Positions 20,112 to 29,340 of a stretch of DNA of 33,380 nucleotides are shown here, one piece after another. The DNA is from Nitrospinota bacterium (GTDB taxonomy: Bacteria > UBA8248). How positions within the stretch are numbered: position 1 is the first letter of the stretch; every line of letters begins with the position of its first letter. The stretch is from NCBI GenBank assembly GCA_030754595.1, contig JASLZZ010000123.1:1-33380 (forward strand). The letters are read 5' to 3'. The notes under the pieces are model-generated. The model did not search any database and was not told the DNA's origin. It saw only the letters and a list, made by a program, of their open reading frames with translations. A program made the translations under genes and the position numbers.

Positions 20112-20478
20112 CGCCCGGGGCCTTTCCTTTGGGACCATTTTCGGCGAAACCTTAATCGAGCACATATTGCCACCCCGCCTCCTCTTCCGGAAAAACCGTA
20201 GTGTCTCGGTAAACCTCGATGCAGAGTTCGCCCGGCGCCTTTGCGTCCGGCCCCGGTTCCAAAATCCCACGGGGCCAGTCCTGGCGCTATTAAGCGCTAG
20301 CCGCCCTCTTCCGATAAAAGGGCGCCGCGCGAAACCACAAAAAAAGCACGCAAGGCGTGGGCCGTCTGCGGAAATGATTGGGGCTATTCTAGCGCGGAGA
20401 CAAGCCCGGGGCGAGAGGGGAGAATTTCTCCCCTGCCCGGAAGGAATTTCCAGTTGTTAGCAGGGAATCGAGCGCCTT

Positions 20479-21402
20479 CTAGGGGAGGATGCTCACAGGC
20501 CCCCAAAACCAGGGGACGGCGAAGGGGACGCTTTCCGGCCCGACTTTCACCGGCGCCGGCTTCATCGCCCATCTCTCCTCCGGAAGGGCCCGTGCCTTTT
20601 TGAGAAGTTGCCGGACGGCGTTAATCCGGATGACCCAGCCGAGGCGGCCGGTCCCCATGAAAGTCCCCTGGGAGAGTCCGACCATCTCGAATCGCCCGTC
20701 CCGGATGGCGATGACGGGGGTTCCGCTGTCGCCCGGAGAAAGGCCGTTGCTCACCATGAAGGCGTTCTCGTTCTTCGCGTCCACCCGCGATACCTCCCGG
20801 GGGGCGCGCAAGGCGCTGACGATGCCCTCGCGGACGTTCACCCCCATGTTCATGGGGTTGCCCACGACATAGATGTAATTGCCCACCCGGAGATCGTCGC
20901 TGTCACCCATCGAATACGGAAACGAGGGCGGGCGCACGCCGGGCGGAATTTCGAACAGGGCGATATCGTCCTCGCGGTTCCGCACCAGCGCCTGAAGGGG
21001 ATGCTCCCTCCCGGTATGGCGAAGGGAGGTCTTCTCCCCCATTTTCTCGGCCTGAAGCTTCATCGGGCCCAGGGGCGTTTCGATCTCGATTTCGTGCTGG
21101 CCGATGGTGTGCTCGACGGTGAGGACGAAGCGGCCGCCGACGACCACCCCGCTGTCCACCAGCTTTTTCTCGAACGGGGTGACGTCCGGGAGCGTAAAAG
21201 TGGTCCGCGTGATCAGTGTGACGATGGAGGAGACCACCCGCGATAATTCCACCCGGGATGAATCCACCAGGTAGGCGTGGTTGTCGTAGCGCCCGTCCGG
21301 GCGCGGAATCACAGACTTGGGACTGACCGGGGCGGAGACACATCCGGAGATAACGAAAGCGGACAAGACAAGCGCCCATATACGATATTTCAAGGCCGAC
21401 AT
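20479..21402 (-). CDS. Trypsin-like serine protease lipoprotein, no PDZ domain
   Basis: Lipobox ISGC; triad motifs LTVEH, DIALF and PGDSGTP; VGNP and GIVS; GGAGG RBS. Confidence 0.88.
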   Translation of the reverse strand: MSALKYRIWALVLSAFVISGCVSAPVSPKSVIPRPDGRYDNHAYLVDSSRVELSRVVSSIVTLITRTTFTLPDVTPFEKKLVDSGVVVGGRFVLTVEHTIGQHEIEIETPLGPMKLQAEKMGEKTSLRHTGREHPLQALVRNREDDIALFEIPPGVRPPSFPYSMGDSDDLRVGNYIYVVGNPMNMGVNVREGIVSALRAPREVSRVDAKNENAFMVSNGLSPGDSGTPVIAIRDGRFEMVGLSQGTFMGTGRLGWVIRINAVRQLLKKARALPEERWAMKPAPVKVGPESVPFAVPWFWGPVSILP

Positions 21403-21860
21403 GAATCGACCCTCCTGAGGCGGCGGTGAGCAGCGCCTACCTTGGGCGCCCCCACTATACTCCTTATTAACTTATCGGCAAATTATTACTATCCGATAAG
21501 GTGTACCGTCACATTATTGTCTCTTGAAATACCTCTTATAGTCGCCTAAAAATCCCTAAAATAATTGTTTTCAATATGATACCCGATATTTCCCGAACCG
21601 GGAAAAGCTCCTGCCCAATAGAAGAGCATAAATCGTGCCGAAATCGGAATTTTCCGCCATAACAAACCGAAATATGAAATCCGGCCCACCTTTGCCGCGA
21701 AAAAAGCCCTTCGAGCCGGTAATCCGCGCCTCCCCCCCGGCAATGCTTGCCTTTCCGGGCATATATGGAGTATCCATCAAGCTCCCGGTTGCGCCGAATA
21801 CGCGATCGCCTCACGGCTTTCTCGCCGCGCCGTTATTCTCACGACAATAAGGAGACTCCC

Positions 21861-22646
21861 TTGTCCGTCATCATTAACGAGACGAAGAGAAAATCCCTAG
21901 AGGGAAAGGTGACCCTCGGCTCCGGTGTCCGGGCCGTCAAATCCGTCGAGATCGGAATGGCCATGGCCGCCAGCGGCTATGACTGGCTTTTCATCGATCT
22001 GGAACACGGCCCTTTCAACCTCGAGACGGCCACTCAGATCGCCATCGCCGCCCTCACTCAAGGAATCACCCCCCTCGTCCGCGTGGCCTCGCTGGACGCC
22101 GACCTGAGCACGCGCGTCCTCGACGCCGGGGCGCAGGGCATCGTCCTCCCCCACGTCAACAACGCCGAGGAGGCTCGCGAACTCGTTTCGATCTGCAAGT
22201 TTCCCCCGGAAGGGCACCGCAGCCACGGCGGCGGACTGCCCCACGCGGCCTTCGCCCCGCTCGGTTCGGACGAACTGCTTGAGAGCGTAAACCGGGAGAT
22301 GCTCCTGGTGGCGATGATCGAAACGCCCGAGGCCGGAGAGCGCGCCGACGAAATTGCCGCGGTCGAGGGGATCGATGTCCTGCTCATCGGGACCAACGAC
22401 CTGAGCACGGGAATGGGCATCCCCGGCCAGCACGACCACCCGAGGGTGAACCTGGTCTATGAACAAGTGCTCGCCGCCTGCGAGAAACACGGAAAAACCC
22501 CCGGCATGGGAGGCTCCTACGACCCCAAAATTCTCGAGCGGCGGATCAGGGAGGGGATGCGCTTCATCCTGAGCGGAAGCGACCTGGGCTTCATGATCGC
22601 GGGGGCCAAACGGCAAGCCGAACTGATTAGAGGGATTGAATTTTAG
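21861..22646 (+). CDS. HpcH/HpaI aldolase family protein
   Basis: YDWLFIDLEHG, PLVRV, LDAGAQGIVLPHV, MIET and IGTNDL; AAGGAG RBS before TTG. Confidence 0.93.
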   Translation: MSVIINETKRKSLEGKVTLGSGVRAVKSVEIGMAMAASGYDWLFIDLEHGPFNLETATQIAIAALTQGITPLVRVASLDADLSTRVLDAGAQGIVLPHVNNAEEARELVSICKFPPEGHRSHGGGLPHAAFAPLGSDELLESVNREMLLVAMIETPEAGERADEIAAVEGIDVLLIGTNDLSTGMGIPGQHDHPRVNLVYEQVLAACEKHGKTPGMGGSYDPKILERRIREGMRFILSGSDLGFMIAGAKRQAELIRGIEF

Positions 22647-22725
22647 TGAAAATACCGGAGGCCCGCAGGCCCTCCGGCCGCGCGGGTGCGAGCCGATGGA
22701 CTATTCACCTTCGAATGGAGAAAAC

Positions 22726-23577
22726 ATGAAACTCCTCACCTATGAAGCCGGTAACGGGCCCCGCGTCGCCGTCCTGACCGAGGCGGGGGTCGAGGATGTG
22801 GCGCCCGAAACGGGCGACGCCGCAGCGGTCATCGCCGCCGGCGGAACACCGAAAACGAACGGCAACCCCAAGCCGCTCGGCACGGTGAAGCTCCTCGCGC
22901 CCATCGCCGAACTCAAGCGGCCCGTCGTCGCCGTCGGGCTCAACTTCAAGCGCCATGCCGACGAGAGCGCGCACAGAAGAAACGAGCAGCCCGGCACTTA
23001 TCCGGAAATCCCCGTTTTCTTCTGCAAGTGGCCGGGGTCCCACAACGGCCCCGAGGGAGAGATCGTCCACCATTCGATTACGAATTATGTGGACTACGAG
23101 TGCGAACTCGTCATCGTCATCGGCAGGGAGGGGGTCGACATCCCCAAGGACAAGGCCCTGGACCACGTTTACGGCTACACCATCATGAACGAGGTCTCGG
23201 CCCGCGACATCCAGCGCAGACACGGCCAATGGTTCAAGGGCAAGGCGCTGGACACCTTCGGCCCCCTCGGGCCCTGGATCGTCACCAAGGACGAGACCGG
23301 CGACGGCAACAACCTGGGCATCGAAACCCGCCTGAACGGCGAGGTGCGTCAGAACTCGAACACCAACGACATGATCTTCGATGTCGAGACAGTGGTTTCG
23401 GTCCTCTCGGAGGGCTTCACCCTCTACCCCGGCGATCTGATCGCCACTGGCACCGCCGAGGGCGTGGGCCTTTTCATGGAGCCTTCCGGGGTGATGAAGG
23501 TGGGCGACGTGGTGGAGTGCGAGATCGAGAAAATCGGAATTTTGCGCAACAAGATCGTCGCTCCCGAAGGAGAATGA
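22726..23577 (+). CDS. Fumarylacetoacetate hydrolase family protein
   Basis: VGLNF..H, DYECEL, YGYTIMNEVSARD, GKALDTFGPLGP and PGDLIATGT. Confidence 0.93.
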   Translation: MKLLTYEAGNGPRVAVLTEAGVEDVAPETGDAAAVIAAGGTPKTNGNPKPLGTVKLLAPIAELKRPVVAVGLNFKRHADESAHRRNEQPGTYPEIPVFFCKWPGSHNGPEGEIVHHSITNYVDYECELVIVIGREGVDIPKDKALDHVYGYTIMNEVSARDIQRRHGQWFKGKALDTFGPLGPWIVTKDETGDGNNLGIETRLNGEVRQNSNTNDMIFDVETVVSVLSEGFTLYPGDLIATGTAEGVGLFMEPSGVMKVGDVVECEIEKIGILRNKIVAPEGE

Positions 23578-23774
23578 ACCGCTGAAGACTACATAGCGAT
23601 CGGTGACCTTTGGAGGTCAAAAGGTATATATTGATAAATGTCCGGTCGGCCCTTTACATATTTCTTGGCAGATGCCATGGGAATGGCGGGTTCTGCGAAT
23701 TCCCTGGGGTCTCCGAGGGCGGCGCTTTTTATATTGCCGGCCCGGGCCTCCCCGAGGAGTGAAAGGAGGCTGAA

Positions 23775-24977
23775 ATGACTTGGGATGTGAAAGACAAATG
23801 GTGGACGAGCCCGTTCAACTGGGAAGAGGATGTGCGAAAAGATCTCTCCCTTCCCGCCAAGGTCGAGATTCATGACGCGACCCTCCGGGACGGGGAGCAG
23901 ACCCCCGGGGTGGTTTTCCGGAAACATGAGAAGGTGGCCATCGCCAAAAAGCTGGATGAGATAGGTGTGGATCGAATCGAGGCCGGCATGCCGGCCGTCT
24001 CAAAGGAGGACATGGAGGCGATTAAAGAGATCTCCTCGCTGGGCCTCAACGCTAAAATAATGACCTTCTCAAGGGCGATGCCCGCCGATATAGACCGCGC
24101 CATCGAGTGCGGCGCCGACGGCGCCGTCGTCGAGGTCCCCAGCGGACTCCCCCGCCTCAAATACCAGTATAACTGGAGCCAAGAAGACATCATCGAAAGA
24201 AGCATCACGGCGGTGAAGTACGCCAAGGACAAAGGCCTTTTTGTCAACTTCTTTCCTTTCGATACGACCCGGGCGGAGTTCGACTTCCTGAAGCGGCTGG
24301 TGGGGGAAGTGGCCGAGAAGGCGAAACCCGACTCTCTATGCGTTGTGGACACGACGGGCTGCATCCTCCCCCGGGCCATGGGGTTCCTCGTCGGCGAGCT
24401 CGGGCGTCTGGTGGATATCCCCATCGAGGTTCACACCCACAACGACCTGGGCTGCGGCATCGCCACCTCCCTGGCCGCAGTGGAGGCCGGCGCGCAGACG
24501 GTCCATGTCTGTGCCAACGGCCTGGGCGAGCGGACCGGCAATGCCTCGCTTGAGGAGATGGCCGTAAGCCTGAAGACCATGCTGGGGGTGGATACCTCCA
24601 TCAAATACGAAAAACTGGAGGAGCTCTCCCAACTGGTGGAGAAATTGTCGGGGATGCGTCTCGGTGCGCAAAAGCCCCTCATGGGAGAGATCACATACAT
24701 CCGCGAGACCGGTCTCGGTATCGACGCCCTTCAGAAGGAGCCCCGGGTGGGCTATTCGGTCCAGGCGGAATTTGTCGGCAGGAAATACCGGTTCGTTCTG
24801 GGCAAAAAGAGCGGCAAACCATCGATCGAAATCAGGCTTAAAGAGATGGGCTTGGACGCCACGGAGGAGCAGATGCGCACCATGCTCGACCAGGTGAAAC
24901 TATTGTCTATCGAGAAGAAATCCTGGCTTAGCGACGCGGAGTTCCTCGAGATAGCCAAAGGCGTTCTCGGGAACTAG
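23775..24977 (+). CDS. DRE-TIM metallolyase (isopropylmalate/homocitrate/citramalate synthase-like, no regulatory domain)
   Basis: DATLRDGEQTPGV, IEAG, DTTG, HTHNDLG, NGLGERTGNA and LGKKSG; AAAGGAGG RBS. Confidence 0.88.
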   Translation: MTWDVKDKWWTSPFNWEEDVRKDLSLPAKVEIHDATLRDGEQTPGVVFRKHEKVAIAKKLDEIGVDRIEAGMPAVSKEDMEAIKEISSLGLNAKIMTFSRAMPADIDRAIECGADGAVVEVPSGLPRLKYQYNWSQEDIIERSITAVKYAKDKGLFVNFFPFDTTRAEFDFLKRLVGEVAEKAKPDSLCVVDTTGCILPRAMGFLVGELGRLVDIPIEVHTHNDLGCGIATSLAAVEAGAQTVHVCANGLGERTGNASLEEMAVSLKTMLGVDTSIKYEKLEELSQLVEKLSGMRLGAQKPLMGEITYIRETGLGIDALQKEPRVGYSVQAEFVGRKYRFVLGKKSGKPSIEIRLKEMGLDATEEQMRTMLDQVKLLSIEKKSWLSDAEFLEIAKGVLGN

Positions 24978-25008
24978 CGCGGGCCGCTTCGCCCGAAGCC
25001 TAAATACA

Positions 25009-25038
25009 TTCCGGCCCCCGGATTTTCGGGGGCCGGAA
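25009..25038 (+). terminator. 12-bp hairpin after the LeuA-like gene
   Basis: TTCCGGCCCCCG-6 nt-CGGGGGCCGGAA; no clear U-tract. Confidence 0.55.
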
Positions 25039-25411
25039 ACCTCCACAAATTCAAGGACTACAATACAAGACCAGAAAACCCTAAAAAAACATTTTCGGCC
25101 TTCGTTTTTTCCCCCGATTTTTCCCACCGAATCAGTGGAAAGAGTGTGGAAAAGGCTTAATTTTCGCCTCTAACATTAATGAATTCACGGACTTGGGTTA
25201 AAGTGCCCAGATACGATACACTTCCCCTAATTCATTTAAAATCAATAGCATAAACTAAATTTTCGCCCACCCGGGCCAGTCGCCTTCGTCTTAACCGCTG
25301 TTTTTTCACAGCTATTTGCCTCGGGGCGCCCAATTGCCCGACAATTTCGCCGCTATCAGGCAATTAATTTGCCGGACGAGGCGGCCGCCGCCTCCCCATG
25401 TGAGAGCCCCC

Positions 25412-26026
25412 ATGCCGGAAGAAAAAAATATCGACCGGAAGGATTTTTTCAAGGAAGGCCCCCTCTCCTTCCTGCGGACGTTCATGGAAGCGGCGCGAGA
25501 GGAACCTCCCCCGAGAAGAATGCCCCGGGACGAGGACATTCCCCTCCTCCGGCCTCCCGGCGCGGCGCCCGAGTCTGAATTCCTCTCGCTCTGCGAGGGA
25601 GGGGCGGCCTGCGCCGAGGCCTGCCCGGCCAAAGCCCTCCTTCTCGTCCCGCGAAAGGACGGCGACCCCGGCCGCGATGCCCCGATGATCGAACCCTCGG
25701 TGGCGGCCTGTGTCCTCTGCGACGATCTCGCCTGCATGAAAGCCTGCCCGAGCGGAGCGCTGAAACCGCTCGAAAGAGAATCGATTCGCATCGGCATCGC
25801 GAAAATCGACCGGGAGGAATGCTTCGCCTGGTCGGGGCTGGACGAGTTCTGCGACTACTGCGTCGATCGGTGTCCGATCGGAGAGAGCGCCATCCGGATG
25901 GAGACCCTTGAGGACAAAAGGGGCCCCGTCATGGGCGAGGGCTGCGTCGGTTGCGGTGTCTGCGAGTATCACTGCCCGGACTATCCGGCGGCCATCCGGA
26001 TATTCGAGCTCCCCGCCGAAAAATGA
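25412..26026 (+). CDS. NapG/MauM-like polyferredoxin
   Basis: RKDFF leader, LRPPGA..E.EFL..C, CVLCDDLACMKACPSGAL, IGIAKID...C, CDYCVDRCP and CVGCGVCEYHCP. Confidence 0.88.
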   Translation: MPEEKNIDRKDFFKEGPLSFLRTFMEAAREEPPPRRMPRDEDIPLLRPPGAAPESEFLSLCEGGAACAEACPAKALLLVPRKDGDPGRDAPMIEPSVAACVLCDDLACMKACPSGALKPLERESIRIGIAKIDREECFAWSGLDEFCDYCVDRCPIGESAIRMETLEDKRGPVMGEGCVGCGVCEYHCPDYPAAIRIFELPAEK

Positions 26027-26042
26027 CCCGGCCAACGGCCCC

Positions 26043-26426
26043 GTGAACGCCCCCGTCCCCAAGGCCGTTCTTCTCTGGGACGGAGACTGCGCCCTCTGCC
26101 GTAGCTGCGCCGGGTGGCTGGAGCGCCAGGACCGGGCCGGCGCCCTGTTGGCCCTTCCTTTTCAGCAGATCCCCTCCCCTCCGATGACCCCGGCCCTCGG
26201 GGCGAGGTGCCGCCGCGCCATCCAGTTCATCCCGCCGGACGGGCGGGCGCTCTCCTCGGGGCGGGCCGTCCTCGGGGTTTTGTCTTTGCTGGGCTGGAAA
26301 AAAAGCGCCGCCTTTCTATCGGCGGCGCCTTTCGTTTTCATCGTGGAGGGAGGCTACTGGCTGATCGCCAGAAACCGGGGCCTCATCGGCCGCTTGCTGA
26401 CCGGAAATTCCGGAAATCACCGCTAA
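26043..26426 (+). CDS. DCC1-like thiol-disulfide oxidoreductase (DUF393)
   Basis: LWDGDCALC and GYWLIARNR; GTG start inferred. Confidence 0.85.
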   Translation: MNAPVPKAVLLWDGDCALCRSCAGWLERQDRAGALLALPFQQIPSPPMTPALGARCRRAIQFIPPDGRALSSGRAVLGVLSLLGWKKSAAFLSAAPFVFIVEGGYWLIARNRGLIGRLLTGNSGNHR

Positions 26427-26658
26427 TTAGAGAGGCGGACTCCGGAATCATCAAACCCGGTACCGCCGCCGCTTCGAAGAAAGGCGAGCCCCCCGAAAGA
26501 GGGGGAGCGGCGGAAAAACCGCTCGCGACATACATGTAAATTGCCCGGAAAAACGTCTACTTGATCAGTTCAGTGGACTGGAGAGCCCGAATCGGACTGT
26601 TTGTTGGGAATGCCCGCCTTAAAAGGCGAATAACCCTAAATGCCCCCCCATATCCCGC

Positions 26659-26850
26659 CTACAGGGCCGGTATGATCGCCGCTATCAGGGGGCCGATGGC
26701 GGCTCCGAAGGCGGTCACCGCCGCCACGACGACAATGATGACGAGTGCGATGATCAGCGCATACTCGACGAGCGCCTGGCCCGCCTCGCGCCCAAGAAAA
26801 CCGGCCGCCGCCTTCGCGCCAAAGCGCCGCCATCTCGGTAATCCCGGCAT
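26659..26850 (-). CDS. Flp/Fap family type IVb pilin
   Basis: G|QALVEY prepilin motif (E+5, Y+6) followed by a hydrophobic helix; GAGGGAG RBS. Confidence 0.85.
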   Translation of the reverse strand: MPGLPRWRRFGAKAAAGFLGREAGQALVEYALIIALVIIVVVAAVTAFGAAIGPLIAAIIPAL

Positions 26851-26894
26851 CTTCAGCTCCCTCGTCCTTCGGGCTCAGTCATCGTCCCCCGGGT

Positions 26895-27413
26895 TCAGGA
26901 AAACTCCTCGCTCAGGATCTCCTGAATAAAGCGCTGGATCGCCAGCGGGTAGAAGCGCACGTTCGGCGTCCGGATCACGGCGGTGTCGGTGATCTCTTTT
27001 TTGAGCAACTCATCCATGACCTTCTCGACCAAGAGGTCGGGGCTCCACTCGTGCTGGGTCACCTTGAGATGCTCGGACTCGATCTTAAAGTTGCCCGAGA
27101 TCGACTTGGGAAATGCGAACACCCGGCCCACCAGATTCGAGTCCATCATTTCCTTGTCCTCGAAAAGGTCGCCGAAGGTTTTCTCCATCTCGGCGGGGGT
27201 CCAGATGATTTTCGGGCTGACGAACAAGCGGCCCGCGATTTGCACCGATCCGGCTCCCTCCTCCGCCTCAGGTCCCAGCACCCGGTATCCGAGGTCGTGG
27301 TAGCCGGCCACGATCCCGACGTAGGGCTTACGGAGAACCTCGGTCTCCGCCATGATTTTTTTCAGTTTCTCGAAATCCTGATGCTCGTCCCGTTGCTCAA
27401 AATCGTCGAACAT
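26895..27413 (-). CDS. Hypothetical cytoplasmic protein (172 aa)
   Basis: Protein-like composition and GC3-rich codons from MFDDFEQ; function unknown. Confidence 0.75.
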   Translation of the reverse strand: MFDDFEQRDEHQDFEKLKKIMAETEVLRKPYVGIVAGYHDLGYRVLGPEAEEGAGSVQIAGRLFVSPKIIWTPAEMEKTFGDLFEDKEMMDSNLVGRVFAFPKSISGNFKIESEHLKVTQHEWSPDLLVEKVMDELLKKEITDTAVIRTPNVRFYPLAIQRFIQEILSEEFS

Positions 27414-27691
27414 AGCGTTTTCGCAATCCCGGTTGAAAAGAACTCCTGATTCCCCGAACGAGCCGCCCGGCCAAGGCCGGTGTGGAAGGATTGTATATGC
27501 TCGGAGCAGCCACCTCAAGAAACGCTCGGAGGCGGTCCCCGGGGGACCGCCCACCTCCCGTGAACCTGCCCCGGCAATAAAATCCGCCGGCTGCGCGCAG
27601 CCTCGCTCGGGGGCTACATCCAACAGGATGGGATATTTGAAATCATCCTGTTTCCCTTGGCTGCAGCGGGCTTTTCGCTACGCGCTTATTG

Positions 27692-27720
27692 TTGCGAGAC
27701 TCCATTCTTGGGAATATAAT
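27692..27720 (+). promoter_or_regulatory. Sigma70 promoter for the Cys-rich ORF and radical SAM unit
   Basis: TTGCGA-17 nt-TATAAT, 52 nt upstream of ATG 27773. Confidence 0.7.
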
Positions 27721-27772
27721 CTATTAAATGAGGTTTTCCGCCCCATGATCGCCTTCCCGGGAGACAATTATC

Positions 27773-27988
27773 ATGTATCTATTTGAAACTTGCCCATTTA
27801 AAGAATTCTCCGGGACGGGCGAGCCGAGGTGCTTCGAAACCGAGATTCCTGGGTGCGTCAAACGCCACCGCAATACGATCCGGAAATTCTGCACAAAAAA
27901 TTTCACGCGCTGTCCCTACTACGAGATACAGGGCCTGCGTGACCGGTTCGAGGGAAAGATCCCATTCCGGTGGCAGAGGGCCCGATGA
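27773..27988 (+). CDS. Small Cys-rich protein (71 aa, 5 Cys)
   Basis: GGGAGA RBS, upstream promoter, ATGA overlap with the radical SAM gene; CPF...C...C...FC.KNF.RCPYY. Confidence 0.7.
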   Translation: MYLFETCPFKEFSGTGEPRCFETEIPGCVKRHRNTIRKFCTKNFTRCPYYEIQGLRDRFEGKIPFRWQRAR

Positions 27989-29301
27989 GCCGTCCGCCAG
28001 ACGCCGGGCCTGTCTCCACTGGGCCAATCGAGACCCCGGCCGGAGCGAGAAAACCCCGAATCGGCGAGTTCGACTTCGACCGATCCCCCTTTATCGTGAT
28101 CTGGGAGGTAACCCAGGCCTGCTCGCTCGCCTGCCTCCACTGCCGGGCCGAGGCCCGGCCCTGCCGGGACGCCGGGGAGTTGAACATCGAGGAGGCCTTC
28201 GCCCTCCTCGATGAAACCCGCCGGTTCGGCCCCGTCCTCTTCGTCATCACCGGCGGCGACCCCCTCGAGCGGCCCGATATCTTCGACATCATCCGCCACG
28301 GCTCCGAAATCGGACTGCGCATGACGATGACCCCGGCCGGGACCGAGAAGATGACCCGCGAAACCATCCTCCGGATGAAAGAAGCCGGCCTCGTCCGCCT
28401 CGCCGTCAGCCTCGACGGACACAGCTGCGAGAGCCACGACAAGTTTCGGGGCGTCGAAGGCAGCTTCGATTGGACGATGGACTCTATCCGCATCGCACGC
28501 GGGATCGGCCTCGAGGTTCAGGTCAACACCACCGTGACCCGCTTCAACCAGGACCGGATCCGCAAGATCGCGGAGATGCTCGCCGGCGAGGACATCGCCC
28601 TCTGGAGCGTGTTTTTTCTCGTGCCCGTCGGGCGAGGGGTCAAGCACTATATGGTCACCCCAAAAAAGCACGAGGCCGTCTTCCACGAGCTTTACGACCT
28701 GGGTCGCACAATGCCCTTCGACATCAAGACCACCGCCGCACAACACTTCCGCCGCGTCCTGATGCAGCGCGCTGCGCTGGACCGCCGGCGAGGGGCGCCC
28801 GGAAACGGGGGCGGCCCGCGCCCCTTAGCCTCGGCCCCCGACTTCAGCGCCAATCCCGCCGGGAACGGTCCCACCGGGACGGGTCCCGCCGGGGCCGGAC
28901 GCGCCGCCAAAGGAGTGAACGACGGCATGGGCTTCGTCTTCATCAGCCACCTCGGCGATATCATGCCGAGCGGCTTTTTGCCGGTGGCGGCGGGCAACGT
29001 GCGCCGCGACTCGCTTTCCGGCATCTACCGGGACCACGAGATGTTCCGCGCCCTTCGGCAGCCGAAGGGCTACGCGGGAAAATGCGGCTACTGCGATTTT
29101 CAGGACGTTTGCGGAGGCTCGCGATCGCGGGCCTGGGCGGTTTCGGGGAACTACCTCGCCAGCGAGCCCTACTGCACCTACCGTCCGAGGCGGCCGGGCT
29201 CTGATCGGCCCGCCTCGAACACCTACCGCGGGGAGGCCCACGCCGAGGCCGGCGCCCTCTCGCGCGATGAGGTCGCCGCCGCTCTTTCGGAAGCGGACTG
29301 A
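27985..29301 (+). CDS. Radical SAM/SPASM protein (NirJ/AhbD-like; resembles the TIGR04053 type)
   Basis: IWEVTQACSLACLHCRA (CxxxCxxC), TGGDPL, VSLDG, HDKFRGVEGSF, QVNTT, FFLVPVGRG and KCGYCDFQDVCGGSRSRA...EPYC. Confidence 0.9.
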   Translation: MSRPPDAGPVSTGPIETPAGARKPRIGEFDFDRSPFIVIWEVTQACSLACLHCRAEARPCRDAGELNIEEAFALLDETRRFGPVLFVITGGDPLERPDIFDIIRHGSEIGLRMTMTPAGTEKMTRETILRMKEAGLVRLAVSLDGHSCESHDKFRGVEGSFDWTMDSIRIARGIGLEVQVNTTVTRFNQDRIRKIAEMLAGEDIALWSVFFLVPVGRGVKHYMVTPKKHEAVFHELYDLGRTMPFDIKTTAAQHFRRVLMQRAALDRRRGAPGNGGGPRPLASAPDFSANPAGNGPTGTGPAGAGRAAKGVNDGMGFVFISHLGDIMPSGFLPVAAGNVRRDSLSGIYRDHEMFRALRQPKGYAGKCGYCDFQDVCGGSRSRAWAVSGNYLASEPYCTYRPRRPGSDRPASNTYRGEAHAEAGALSRDEVAAALSEAD

Positions 29302-29340
29302 ACCGTACGGCCCCCCCCCAGAAATTTCCCTTTACAGCTC

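Noticed and set aside
26462..26525. GC-rich branched hairpin with a GAAA loop, loosely like a c-di-GMP-I riboswitch
   Set aside because: Lacks the GGCAAA/GACGCAAA core and lies between convergent genes.
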